Below the pieces are notes generated by a model that saw only the letters and a list, made by a program, of their open reading frames with translations, had not been told where the DNA came from and did no database searches. The position numbers and the translations under genes were made by a program. This document shows, piece by piece, positions 13,940 through 26,600 of a stretch of DNA of 64,000 nucleotides. The DNA is from Chiloscyllium plagiosum (lineage: Eukaryota), in contig NC_057711.1 in the NCBI RefSeq assembly GCF_004010195.1, positions 81,893,549 through 81,957,548 on the forward strand, read 5' to 3'. Positions within the stretch are counted from its first letter, which is position 1. Every line of letters starts with the position of its first letter.

Positions 13940-14395
13940 TATAAATATATTGAAGGGAAGAGGTTAACCAGGGGAAGAGTTTTGCCCATTAGGGACCAAG
14001 GGGGCTACCTGTATGTGAAGCCACAGGATATTAGAAGGGTGTTGAATGAATACTTCTCTTCAGTCTTCACTCTGGAAAAGGAGAATGTAGGTACAGATTC
14101 CGGAAAAGAGGCTGTGAGGAACATGCACAGTTTGACATAGGGAAGGGGCAGGTGTTTGGAGGCTCTGTTGGGACTTAAAAACAGCCAAATGCCATGAGCC
14201 AGATGAATTGCATCCCAGGCTACTGTGGGAGGTGAGGCAGGAACTTACATGGGCTTTGACACAAATTTTTAATTCCTGGCTGACCACAGGGAAAGTGGCA
14301 AGGGCTGGAGGATGGCTAAAATGGTTCCACTTTTTAAGAGGGATGGTAGAGATGAACCAGGAAATTCCAGACTGGTGAGTCTCACATCAGTGGTT
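13940..14395 (+). mobile_element. CR1 LINE fragment (middle layer; continues at ~17252-18550)
   Basis: Ends in PGNSRLVSLTSVV and resumes at 17252 with INSHLKRYGLMRDSQ...VDVVYMDFSKAFDKVPH...KFADDTKIG. Confidence 0.75.
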
Positions 14396-17250
14396 CAGTA
14401 AGAACAGAGAAAATGGTAAAAGAGGGGGTGATGTGGCACTGTTAGTCAAGGACAGTATTACGGTTGCAGAGAGGACGTTTGAGGATCCATCTACGCAGGT
14501 GGAATGGACTGTGACTAGAAACAGGAAAGGAGAGGTTACCCTGTTGAGAGTTTTCTATAGGCCTCCAAGTAGTTCCATAGATGTAGAGGATAGTTTAGCA
14601 AAGATGATCTTCGATAGGAGCCAGAGTGACAGGGTTGTTGTTATAAGGGACTTTAACTTTCCACATATTGACTGGGAATATTATAGTTCAAGTACTTCAG
14701 ATGGGTCAGTTTTTGTCTAATGTGTGCGGGAGGATTTCCTGACACAGAATGTATACAGACCAAGAAGGGGTGAAGCCACATTAGATTTAATACTGGGTAA
14801 TGAACCCAGCCAGGTGTTAGATTTGGAGGTAGGTGAGCACTTTGGTGATAATGACCACAATTCGGTTATGTTTACTTTAGTGATGGAAAGCAGGGCAGAA
14901 GTTATCGCTTGGGGAAAGGCAATTACGATGTGATCATGCAGGATTTAGGATGCATAGGATGGGGAAGGAAACTGCAGGGGATGGGCATAATTGAAATTGG
15001 AGCTTATTCAAGGACCAGCTACTGCGGGTCCTTTATAAGTATGTACCTGTCAGGCAGGGCGGAAGTTGTCCAGCGCGGGAGCCATGGTTTACTAAGGAAG
15101 TTGAATCTCTTGTCATGAGGAAGAAGAAGGCTTATGTTAGGATGAGATGTCATGGCTCAGGGCACTTGAGAGTTACAAGTTAGCCAGGAAAGACCTAAAG
15201 AGAGAGCTACAAAAAGCTAGGAGGGGACATGAAAAGTTGTTAGCAGATAATATCAAGGAAAACCCTAAGGCTTTCTATAGCTATATCAGGAACAAAAGAA
15301 TGACTAGAGTATAATTAGGGCCAATCAAGCATAGTAGTGGGAAGTTGTGCATGGTGTCAGAGGTGACAGGAAAGTGCTAAATGAATACTTTTCATTAGTA
15401 TTCACTCTAGAAAAAGGTAATGTGGTCGAGAAGAATACTGAGATACAGACTACTAGACTAGATGGGATTGAAGTGAATAAGAAGGAGATGTTAGCAATTC
15501 TGAAAGTGTAAAAATAATTAAGTCCTGGGCCAGATGGGATTTATCCTAGGACTCTTTGGGAAGCCAGGGAGGAGATTGCCAATCCTTTGGCTTTGATCTT
15601 TATGTCGTCATTGACTACACGAATAGTGCCAGAAGACTGAAGGATTGCAAATGTTGTTCCCTTGTTCAAGAAGGGGAGTAGGTACAATCCTGGAAATTAC
15701 AGACATGTGAGCCTTACTTCCATTGTGAGTAAAGTAGTGGAAAGGGTTATAAGAGATAGGATTTATAATCAGCTAGAAAGGAATAAGTTGATTAGGGATA
15801 GTCAACACGGTTTTGTCAAAGGTAGGTCGTGCCTCACAAACTTTATTGAGTTCTTTGAGAAGGTGACCAAACAGGTGGATGATGGCAAAGCAGTTGATGT
15901 GGTATATATGGATTTCAGTAAGGCATTTGATAAGGTTCCACATGGTAGGCTATTGCAAAAAATACAGAAGCATGGGATTGAGGGTGCTTTGTGGTTTGGA
16001 TCAGAAATTGGCTAGCTGTAAGAAGACAGAGGATTGTAGTTGATGGGAAATATTCATCCTGGAGTTCAGTTTCGAGTGGGGTACCACAAGGATCTGTTTT
16101 GGGTCCACTATTGTTTGTCATTTTTATAAATGACCTGGTTGAGGGCATAGAAGGATGGGTTAGTAACTTTGCAGATGACACGAAGGTTGGTAGGGTTGTG
16201 AATAGTGACGAAGCATGTTATAGGTTACAGAGGGTCATAGATAAGCTGCAGAGCTGGGCTGAGAGGTGGCAAGTGGACTTTAATGCAGAAAAGTGTGTGT
16301 GATTCACTTTGGAAGGAGTAACAGGAATGCAGAGTACTGGGCTAATGGTAAGATTCTTGTAGTGTAGATGAGCAGAGAGATTTTGGTGTTCAGGTACATA
16401 AATCTTTGAAAGTTGCCACCCAGGTTGCTAAGGTTGTTAAGAAGGCATACGGTGTGTTAGCTTTCATTGGCAGAGGGATTGTGTTTCAGAACCATGAGAT
16501 CATGCTGCAGCTGTACAAACCTCTGGTATGGCCACATTTGGAGTATTGCATACAGTTCTGGTCAGCACATTATAGTAAGGATGTGGAAGCTTTGGAAAGG
16601 GTTCAGAGGAGATTTACTGTGATGTTGACTGGTATGGAGGGAAGGTCGTATGAGGGACTTGAGGCTGTTTTCATTAGAGACAAGAAAGTTGAGAGGTGAC
16701 TTAATTGAGACATATAAAACTATCAGAGAGTTAGATTGGTTAGACAGTGACAGCCTTTTCCCTTGGATGGCGATGGCTAGCATTAGAGGACATAGCTTTA
16801 AGTTGAGGGGTGATAGATATAGGACAGATGTCAGAGGTAGTTCCTTTACTCAGAGAGTAGCAGGGACATGGAAGGCACTGCCTGCAACAGGAGTAGACTT
16901 GCCACCTTTAAGGGCATTTAAATGGTCATTGCGATAGGCATATGGACGAGAATTGAAAAGTGTAGGTTAGATGTGCTTCAGATTGGTTCCACAGGTCAGC
17001 GCAACATTGAGGGCCGAAGGGCCTGTACTGCACTGTAATGTTCTATGAAACTATGAAACTCAAGAGAGTAGTAAGGGTATGGAATGCTTTGCCTGCATCG
17101 GTGGTAGATTCGCCAAGTTTAAGTGCATTTAAGTTGTCATTGGACAGGCAAATGGACGTACATGGAATAATGTAGGTGGGATGGGCTTCAGATTAGTATG
17201 ACAGAGCGGCGCAACATCGAGGGCTGAAGGGCCTGTATGTTCTATGTTCT
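14396..17250 (+). mobile_element. CR1 LINE ORF2 (AP endonuclease plus RT), frameshifted, with a doubled 3' end
   Basis: FYRPP, DFNFPHIDW, LDLILGNE, GNYRHVSLTSI, QHGFVKGRSCLTN, YMDFSKAFDKVPH, GVPQGSVLGP and FADDTK motifs; (tatgttc)n-type tails near 17045 and 17245. Confidence 0.92.
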
Positions 17251-17251
17251 A

Positions 17252-18550
17252 TAACAAATTAATAGCCATTTGAAAAGGTATGGGTTAATGAGGGATAGTC
17301 AGAGTGTTCCTGTTCAAAGGAGATTATGCCAAACAAATTTGTTAGAATTGTTTCAAATTTTTGTGATCAAGTGTGTGGATGAGGGAAGTTCAGTCGATGT
17401 AGTTTATATGGATTTTAGCAAAGCTTTTGACAAGGTCCCACATAAGAGACTGATTGTGATGGTTAAAGTATGTGTAATTCAGGGAAACTCGGCAAGATGG
17501 ATCAGAAACTGGCTTAGTAATATGATACTGAGGGTACTGCTGGAATGTTGTCTGAGTGACTGAGGCCGGTATCCAGTGGTGTACCACAACGATCAGTACT
17601 GGGACCCTAATTGTTGTTATAAACATTAATGATATAGATGAAAATGTGGGGGGAATGTTCAGCAAATTTGCAGATGACACCAAGATTGGTAGAGTGGTTA
17701 ATAATGAAAAAGATGGTTGTCTGTTACAGGCAGACAAGTGGCAGATGATATTTAATCCTAATAAGTGAGAGGTGATGCACTTTGGAAAAAGAAACAAGAT
17801 GAGAGAGTATTTAATGAATGGCAGGACACTGGTTAGCTTAGAGGAACTGAGGGATTTTGGGGTAATTATTCCCAGATCCCTGAAGTCGGCAGAACACATC
17901 AATAGGCTAGTTAAGAAGGGATATGGGATACTTGCTTTTACCAGCCACAGCATAGAGTATAAGAGCAAAGAGATAAAGTTGGAGTTGTACAGAGTATTAG
18001 TCAGGCCACAACTGGAATACTGTGTGCAGTTCTGGTCACCTCACTACAAGAAGGATGTGTTAAGACTGGCAGAGTACAGAGGAGATTCACCAGGATGTTG
18101 CCTAGGATGGAGATGTTGAGCTAAAAGGACAGACTATATAGGCTGAGATTGTTTTCTTCTGAGCAGAGAAGACTGAGGATGGATGTGATTGAGGTGTAGA
18201 AGATTATGAGAAGTATGGACAGGGTGAATAGAGAGCTGTTGTTTCTATTGGTAGAGGAGTCAATCATCAGAGGGCATAGTTTTAGGGTAACGGGTAAGAG
18301 ATTCAAAAAGGATTTGGGAAAAAAAAACTTTTACACTCAGCAGGTGGTGGGAATCTGGAGTGCACTGCCTGGGAACATAGTAGATGCTGGAAACCTTAAA
18401 AAAAAATTTTGAATGAGTACTTCAAATATCAGAACATCAGAACAAGGATATGGGACAAGTGCAGGAAATTGGGATTAGCACAATTTTCGTAGTAATTATG
18501 TCAGTGCAGACTCAATAAGCCAAAGTGTTGGTTCTGCTATATGAATCTAT
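17252..18550 (+). mobile_element. CR1 LINE RT/3' end (continuation of 13940-14395)
   Basis: ORF fragments 17270-17563, 17556-17768, 17772-18119 and 18206-18412 carry CR1 RT motifs. Confidence 0.85.
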
Positions 18551-19202
18551 TGACTGTATATGTCCTGCCCCTGTTCACTTTAACAAAATGCTATACCTCA
18601 CGTTTATCCAAATTAAACTCCATTTGCCACTTCTCAGCACATTGGCCCCAGTTGATCAAGATCCCTTTTTAATCTTAGGTAATCTTCCTTACTGTTGACT
18701 ATGCCACAAATTTGGTGTCATCCACAAAATTATTAACCAATCCTCTTACATTCTCATCCAGATCACAGAATCTCTATATATCATCTAGAATCAAGAATGT
18801 TCTCTACTATCAGGAATGCATAAATTAATTCAAAAAATTGATGAGATTGCATATGCAAAACAAAGGAAATTAATTTTAAAAAGAATTCCCAAGATTACAG
18901 GTTTGAGTAAATTGGTACAGATAGCTACATTAGGGATAAAGCAAAACTAATAAGCTTGTACACATCAAGAGGGTGCCATACCCACACTTGGACATAGAAA
19001 TAGGTTCTACACGCAGATAAGGAGTAGTTTAATTTGTTTCAGTATTGATGGGGTGGTATAAATGGTTACTGTGCATAAAGGTTTAGCAAGAATCTTTTTG
19101 GATCAAACTCAAATGAATAAAGCGATGGAATGTGAAATTCACTCTATGACTTAATTGGATGAATAGTCTAGCAAAACCAGCTAAGAATACCCTATTCATC
19201 AA

Positions 19203-19317
19203 TCTGATGGTTCTGAAGAAGAGTACCTGCACCCAGAACATTAACTCTGATCTCTCTCCACAGATGCTGTCAGATCTGCTGAAATTTTCCAGCAATTTCA
19301 GTTTTTGTTTGTATTTG
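19203..19317 (+). mobile_element. Short PLE family C terminal fragment
   Basis: Homologous to 13136-13240; 14-bp TSD accct(a/g)ttcatcaa at 19189-19202 and 19318-19331. Confidence 0.7.
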
Positions 19318-19379
19318 ACCCTGTTCATCAAACTGGATGTGAACAGTGAACTCTGGCAGTTACCTGTATTTGAAGACTT

Positions 19380-20262
19380 TCGTTGATGACCTTTATTAAC
19401 CCTTTTGAGCATTATTACTTTAACAGGCTACCCTTTGAAAAAGCAGAGGTTTTCCAAAGAACAATATCAAACACATTGTCAGGTATTGAGGGGGTAACAT
19501 GTCACATGAATGACATGATGGAGCTATAAAGGAAAACAATGATCAAAGAGTTAAAACAGACATAAAAGTGATTCAGAATGCAAGTCCAATGTTAAATGAG
19601 AATAGTTACATTTTCACAGCCAATAATAACATTTCTTGGGCACATAATCAAAGGGACTAAACTCACAGTAAAGATAAAATTGTTTATAGTCCCACTGGAT
19701 TGTGGATCTGCTCTCTCATTAGGGAGAGATGACTGGTGGCGGTTTAACAGGAAGTTCACTATACCTCAGGAGATGAGTGAGGTTGAGAAGAAGTATCCTT
19801 TATGATAACCTCAGCTGACTGGGGAATTAAACTCATGCTGTTGGCATTGCTCTGCATTGCAAACCAGCCATCTAGTCAACTGAGCTAACCAACCCCTCGT
19901 AGAAATCATAAGAGACCCATAGAAAACCAAAGTAACTGAAGAACTTTCACTGCTGTGATACATTATAATGAGTCTTCGAGATAACTACTTTGCAGGGATC
20001 AACAATGATGTTGAAATGTTGAACAGAAAACACCGTTTAACAAAATCAAGCAAGTTCTGATCTCATCAAAGATTCTATCACATGATTATCTGCATCTACT
20101 GACCTTAATAGCAACAGATAGGTCTGCAGTAGTACTGGAGGTTAACTAAGTCAAAACAACAATATGCAACAAATGAAAAGGAAACTTTAAAAGCAACATA
20201 GGTAGATTATGTCATTCAAATTATGTAATGGGCCTCCAATTTATGGTAGAAACTGACAACTG
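19380..20262 (+). mobile_element. Ty3/Gypsy LTR-retrotransposon pol relic (RT and RNase H), interrupted by a SINE
   Basis: Translatable patches PFEHYYFNRLPF..AEVFQRTISNTLSGIEGVTCHMNDMM (PFG and YxDD-type motifs), YATNEKETL and SNYVMGLQFMVETDN (RNase H). Confidence 0.7.
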
Positions 20263-20439
20263 GTCTTTCACCCACTCTTATTTCTTACCTTTACCCATAA
20301 GATTCTACATTTTCTGATCCAAGATTATTTCATGGTATTGTACTTACTTGTGTTGTACTAACATAGCTACCCCACCTTCATGCTTTACTGATGGTCCTTT
20401 TGAAATATCAGGTAGCCCTGAATGTTTAGTTCTTCCCAC

Positions 20440-21230
20440 AATCCACACCACCTCTGCATGCAATCACAGAAGGTGTAACAACTGCTTCCTCCCTCCTCAC
20501 TATCCAAGGTCCCAGACACTCCTTCCAGGTGAAGCAGCAACTTGTTTGTGCTTTACTTAATCAATTCTACTGCATTCGCTGCTCACAATGTGACCTCCTC
20601 TGCATAGGGAGGCGAAGTGCAAAGTGGGCAACTCCGTTGCAGAACACCTAAGTTCTGTCCGTAAAAATGACCCTGAGCTTCCTGTTGCCTGCCACTTCAA
20701 CATAACACTGTGTTCCCTGGCCAAAATCTCTGTGTCAGGCTTGCTGCGGTGCTCTAACGAAGCTCAGTGCAAGCTGGAAGAACCACATCTCAATTTCTGC
20801 TTGGGAACTCTGCAGCCTTCCAGACTCAATATAGAGTTCAATAATTTTATGGCCTGAGTATCTTCTCCTATGTCTTTATCCCAACCCCTACACACCAGAT
20901 TTTGTCATCACATGGGTTGCTACCACAAACAACAAATTTTCAGCAACTACTGGTCCCAATTATCAGCTATTAATTCTCCCAGTCTGATTTTTACTCATTC
21001 CTATGTCTGTCCAACTGTCTTTTTCTCTCTCTCTGGGAACCATTTTCACTTACTGTTTACTTCTACCCCCATCCACCCACACCATCTTCAGCATGTACCG
21101 AGCTAAAATCAAATCTAAAGAAGGGTCACTGGACTTAAAACATTAACTCTGCTGCCAGACCGGCTGATATTTTTTTCCAGTAATTTCTGTTTTTGTTTCT
21201 GATTTCCAGCATCCAGAGTTCTCTGGGTCT
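20440..21230 (+). mobile_element. Penelope-like element 3' fragment (GIY-YIG remnant plus terminus)
   Basis: ORF 20624-20857 VAEHLSSVRKNDPELPVACHFN...KLEEPHLNFCLGTLQPSRLNIEFNNF; homologous to 12480-13270. Confidence 0.8.
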
Positions 21231-24200
21231 TCTTTTGTCAAATAATTTCATAACAGCACATGGATTTTGTGTGTCAATATCTTGCAGAACTTAGATGCAG
21301 CTGGAATTGTTACCTTTGCTATAACAGAAAAAAACAACTTCAGCAATAGTAATTTGAGAAAGCATGGTAATTAGTGTCACAACTGGAATACAATTCCCAT
21401 AAATTACCCCATTCATTCATTTTTCTCTTGGACTAAAATCTCTGCCTGGAGAGCACAGAAAGTGGTAATCACAGCTCATTTATATTACTAGACTTTATTA
21501 TATAACAGCATCAACTATGACTGTTCATATCTTTCATATTAGAGCTGCTTGTGTATTTATTATCTCAAATTCAGTGGTAACACTTTTTTGATGTTGTTTA
21601 AAGCACAGATTGAATTAAATAAATCAGCTTGTTAATCTGTAATTTTTCCCCGTGACCAATTCAATCAGTTAGTCCCTGTGATTCAAAAATAATCCCTGCA
21701 GCAGTAATTCACAATCCGAAAATAAATGCGTGTCCTTGTCTGGATCTTTAGCAAGCCTTTCAGCATGTCTACTCCTTTCAAATTCGTCTGAAAACACTAT
21801 AAAACAGTCACTTTCTTCCCTAATCTAGACTTTACAGAGTTGTCAATATAGCATACAGAATTAAAGTTAGATTAAATGTCAAATGTGTGAAAGGGCTTTG
21901 GAAGAGGCCATGAGGGAACTGAAGACTAAGATTACAGTTATTTATAAACTGCTTGCCTGAATCAACTGTTAACATTGGACTAAAAAGACTTGTAGGAAAG
22001 TTTTAACTGAATACTATTGTCTTTCTATTTGCCTATAATGTAAAATTTTTGAGAATCGTAATTTCTAGGTGCCCTAGCCTCATTCTTTTTCAAGCATCAA
22101 GGTTCAAGAGATACATAGTCTGGGTTTGTTGTTATTAACCAAGGGTTGTCAACACTTAGCGCATAAATTTAAGCAGCCTGTCCTACCTCTACTGAAGGAA
22201 TGCAGGTATGATAGGAAAATAAATCACAAAATGTTATAAGCTGCACAAGTGTGGGCACATGTGCATGTGAGAAAAACTTATATTATGAATTTTTTGTTTT
22301 TTGGGAGAATCACATAAAATTCATTACTTGCAAGTCTTGCCCATTTTTGGTTGCTGGGTTGCAACTTGCTTGATGAATAATGGGATGTCTTTACAGAATC
22401 ATAGTACTGTTACAACACATGAGGCCATTCAGCCCACCATGCCTGCACTATCTCTTCAAATGAGCATCATTATCTAGTGCCAAACTCCTGCACTCAGAGT
22501 GTAAAACAATACTGGAGTTTCAAAGAATGAGGTGATCTCATTGAAACATGTAAGATTCTGAAGGGCTTTGGCAGAGTTTATTTCCCTGGTAAGGAGCATT
22601 GTCTCAGGTTAGGGAGTTGGCAATTTAGGACTAAAGTGAGGAGCTTTTTTGTCCCTTAGAAGGTTATGAGTCTTGGAATTCTCTGCTCTAGAGTGTTGTG
22701 GCTTCAAGACAACAGCATCAGTGTGACTGTTACTGGAGACTTTGACAGTATAGTGTTGGGATGCTTTGATCTTACACTCCTGGAGAAAACCAACTGCTGC
22801 TACCAGGGTGATCTCTTTGAGAAGACAATATGTAGCCCCATGGTCTAGCAATTCCTCACTGTAGGCTCTCCTTCAGGCTTCAGAAAAGGCAGTAGGTCTT
22901 GTTTCCAAGGGATGGTAGCAAGGGATCCTCCCTGCAATCAAGATGTTCTGGGCAGAGGAGGCAATCCAGGTTAGCAGCCATGTGCTGAGTAGAACATCGA
23001 TCCAGTGCAGGAAGAGGATGAACAATCCGCTGTGCTCCACAAGGATAAGTGGCACTGTGTGATGTTCATGAAATGTGACATTCAGAGGGGCATCAAGCAG
23101 TGTAAGTGTGTTGGTGCAGAGGAATGTTTCATAGAAGTTTGGTTTGCAGACCTCAGCAGCAGATAGAACACATGGACAGAATGTACGGGAGCCACTTCAT
23201 GCTGCAAATGTTGCACCAGTTGCAGGAGAATGAGGGGTTGGAACACTAACTGGGAAGGCTCAGGACCTGTCATGGTGTGCATGGCCGTAACATGCTTATG
23301 TGGCCATTTGGATGGCTGTGAGCTAGTGAAAACTGCCTGTAATAGGCAGGAGCACCCAAAAGTGGTGGAGGTATCTTGGGCACATGAATCCTGACTGCTG
23401 CTAAGAATGAGGCTGTGGAAGCAGCCAAGTAGAACCATGCCTTCATAAATGGAGAAACTAGAGTTGTTTAGCAATCTGGTAAGAACACCTCAAGTCTGGT
23501 GCTGACAAGTGAACATACTGGACCAATGCCCAAAACTCTAGAGAGAAAGGAAGTGTGCATAAAAATAAACTAATTCTTGTGCTGAATTGTGTTTAACTCA
23601 AATAAAATTTTCACATAAAAGATTTGACTTGAATTCTGTTTAAATATAGTTATCTTTAGTAGTACAATACAAGATGCACTGCAGAAATTCACTAAAACTC
23701 CTTACACAGCACTGTCTAAACCCTCAACCCTACCATCTAGAAGGACAAAAGCTGCAAATAGATGGGAACACCACTACTACCATTCACCTGCAAGTTCCCC
23801 TCCAAGCTATTCTCCATCCTGCCTTGGAAATATAATGCTGTTCCTTAAGCATAGCGGGGTCAGAATCCTGCTACTCTTTATCTAACAACATTGTGGGTCT
23901 ACCTAAAGCAAACGGATTATCAAAAAGACAGCACACCACTACCTTCTCAAGGGCAACTATGTTTGGGCAATTATTGCTTGCACAGCCACACCACCCACAT
24001 CCCCCGAATGAATAAACATAAACCTGATTAACACCAGCCTTGAGCTTCATCGAATGCTGACATAATTTCTTATTGATTCTGTTATTCTTCTTCACGTGGA
24101 TGGATCCTGGATATGAAAGACTGATTGTTCACCCTCCCATGATCATTAATGCATTTTCCACCATAAAGCCTCAGCCCATCACTCTTGCCTCACCCTCAGG

Positions 24201-25636
24201 TAGGTTCCACACAGCCACTTAATAGCCATGCACCTTGGGATTCCACCGACAGTACATTTTCTGTCTGTAATCTGCATTCCATCATTCTTGGCACTTTCCC
24301 TATCATTCTTGAGCTTCCCACAGTTTCCCTCAACTCTCAGGACTTCTAGATTAACCCTCCTAGTATAACCCTTACCCTCCAAACTACATGTTCCATCATT
24401 GAAATTTCCTGTATGCTCCAGTATCCTTCCACTGTGTCCCACGAGAGATCGTAAGAATATCACATTCCACATTCATTCTGTCAGCAGGAGCTGACCTTCA
24501 GAGCATCCTTCTCTCCTTCTCCTGACCTTTCTGGGATCTCTTTTGAATGAGAGCCATTCATCAGGCAGCAATGTGACTGCATTCGGTGAGTTACATTAGA
24601 GATGAAAACGTACCTAGCAATGCTTCTCATTTATTTAGTTTAGGATTATTAGCTCGCTGGACTAGAAGGCCCAGATTCAGATCCCACCTTCTCCAGAGAT
24701 GTCAAATAACATCTCTGAACATTAGAAAATCTCTTCAGTATTTATTAAAGTGTCCATTAAGTTGGCCAGTTGTGCCCAATTTTAACTCCATTCAACAATA
24801 ACAATCTTCCTTCACCTTCAAAGGATTGCACTTTCAGAGTACATTATGAAGACATTTTTAAAATGTTGTGCTTCACATTCTAGTCTCTTTCCACTTTCCA
24901 ACCCTCCACCACAGTAACCTACCAGTTTACCTCCATCATCCTTGACCCACCCAATATAACAATTCCTTTCCTCTCCATTATCCTTGAAATTAAACCAATA
25001 ACCATCCACGTCCTTTTCTCCACCCTCAGCCCACACCCAATACAGTCAACCATGCTCACACTAACCTGACACCTCTTGTTATATCCATGTCACCAATTCT
25101 GATAGATTCCATGACTTCCTGCTGTCAGGCCTTGTGATGCTTCATCTTCCAATGTACCACATTTTACTCCCCCTCACTACGACTGCATCCTCCACTGTCC
25201 AGTACCATCAGTTATACTATGACTCCACCATTGATCCTGCCCTTTAGGACCATTTTCTCCATCATCTTGCCCAGAGAGCCCTTCAAGCACCCAACAACAG
25301 AACCACAACACTCAAAACACTAATCTGTTCTCTGTTCCAGATATCTCTGTACCCCTGTTTTCGCTCCCTAAATTGGAAAACTTCCCTCCAAACCTTCCTC
25401 CATGGAAGTTTCAGTCCCTTAGAGAACTTTCCTTCATACCAACCGCTGTGGATAACCTTCTTCCCCAACTTTCTTTCTAATGTAGATACCTGCAATGTCC
25501 CTTAGGATGTAACTGCTCTCTATGCCTCAGAAAGCTTCCCACCTGTCCTTCTCCATGCACCTCAATAGCACACAGCAGTCACAGTGGGTTTGATGGCCAT
25601 CATTTACTTTGAGTGCTCTAATTGGCCACCCATGTT

Positions 25637-25755
25637 GAAGGGCTTTTGCCCGAAACATCGATTTTGCTGCTCCTCGGATGCTGCCTGAACTGCTGTGCTC
25701 TTCCAGCACCACTAATCGAAAATCTGGTTTCCAGCATCTGCAGTCATTGTTTTTA
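25637..25755 (+). mobile_element. Short PLE family A terminal fragment
   Basis: gaagggcttttgcccgaaacatcg...; perfect 11-bp TSD ccacccatgtt at 25626-25636 and 25756-25766. Confidence 0.8.
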
Positions 25756-25991
25756 CCACCCATGTTCTCAGTCTGACTGCCATCTTTTATCACTGAGGGT
25801 GCTGCCCTATTACTTATTTAGTGGCCTTGCCAAGAAAATCATGCCACAAACATCCCAACTTGTCTGACACTGGTTTTGCAGGGTAAGTTAGAAAATTCAG
25901 GCTGCCTCTGAAATTGGAAATTTACATACAAACAGCTTTAAAATCAAAGTCTCCTTGAGAAAGTTACTTTTCCTGTGTTCCCTATTTATGT

Positions 25992-26184
25992 TGAAAAATG
26001 TGGCACTGGAAAAGCATAGCAGGTCAGGCAGCATCCGAGGAGCAGGAGAGTCGAGCCTTAGATGAAAAGCTTATGTCCGAAACATCGACTCTCCTGCTCC
26101 TCAGATGCTGCCTGACCTACTGTGCTTTTGCAGTGCCACACTTTTCGACTCTGATCTCCAACATCTGCATGCCTCACTTTCTGC
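25992..26184. mobile_element. Fold-back PLE family A mini-element
   Basis: Inverted halves; perfect 13-bp TSD tccctatttatgt at 25979-25991 and 26185-26197. Confidence 0.8.
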
Positions 26185-26199
26185 TCCCTATTTATGTGT

Positions 26200-26600
26200 T
26201 CGTTGAAGCTCATTTGGCAGTCTTCTCGTACCTGAATTCAACTCCCACTAGAGATAGGAGCATAAAAATCCCTGTACTGTTCCAGGGCAATACTGAGGAA
26301 GTGCTGCATTTTTGGAGGTTCTGTCTTATGGATTAGATGTCACAAGGATCAGATGGATGTGAAAGATCTCATGGCACCTTCTTAAGGAAGAGCAAGTGAG
26401 TTACATACTTATTCTCAAACTCACAGAAAGAAAATATCTGATCATGGTGAAATATGTGTTTGTAAATGCCTATTGTATGCAAATTACTTGCTTTTTTGCG
26501 ACATTATTGCAGTATTTTAATAGTAATTCATTGGTTGAAAAGTGTTTTGGGATGTTCTGTGGTCAAGAGAAGAATTTTAAAGTTCAAACGTTTTGTTTTT
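26200..26600 (+). mobile_element. Deu-domain SINE (SacSINE1/AmnSINE1-like), old copy
   Basis: gcaatactgaggaagtgctgcatt..ggatgtgaaagatctcatggcac..gaagagca resembles the Deu central domain; a second partial copy lies at about 55915-56135. Confidence 0.6.

Noticed and set aside
22870..23520. Cys/His-rich patches suggesting an L1/Tx1 ORF1 zinc knuckle
   Set aside because: Too degraded to assign with confidence.
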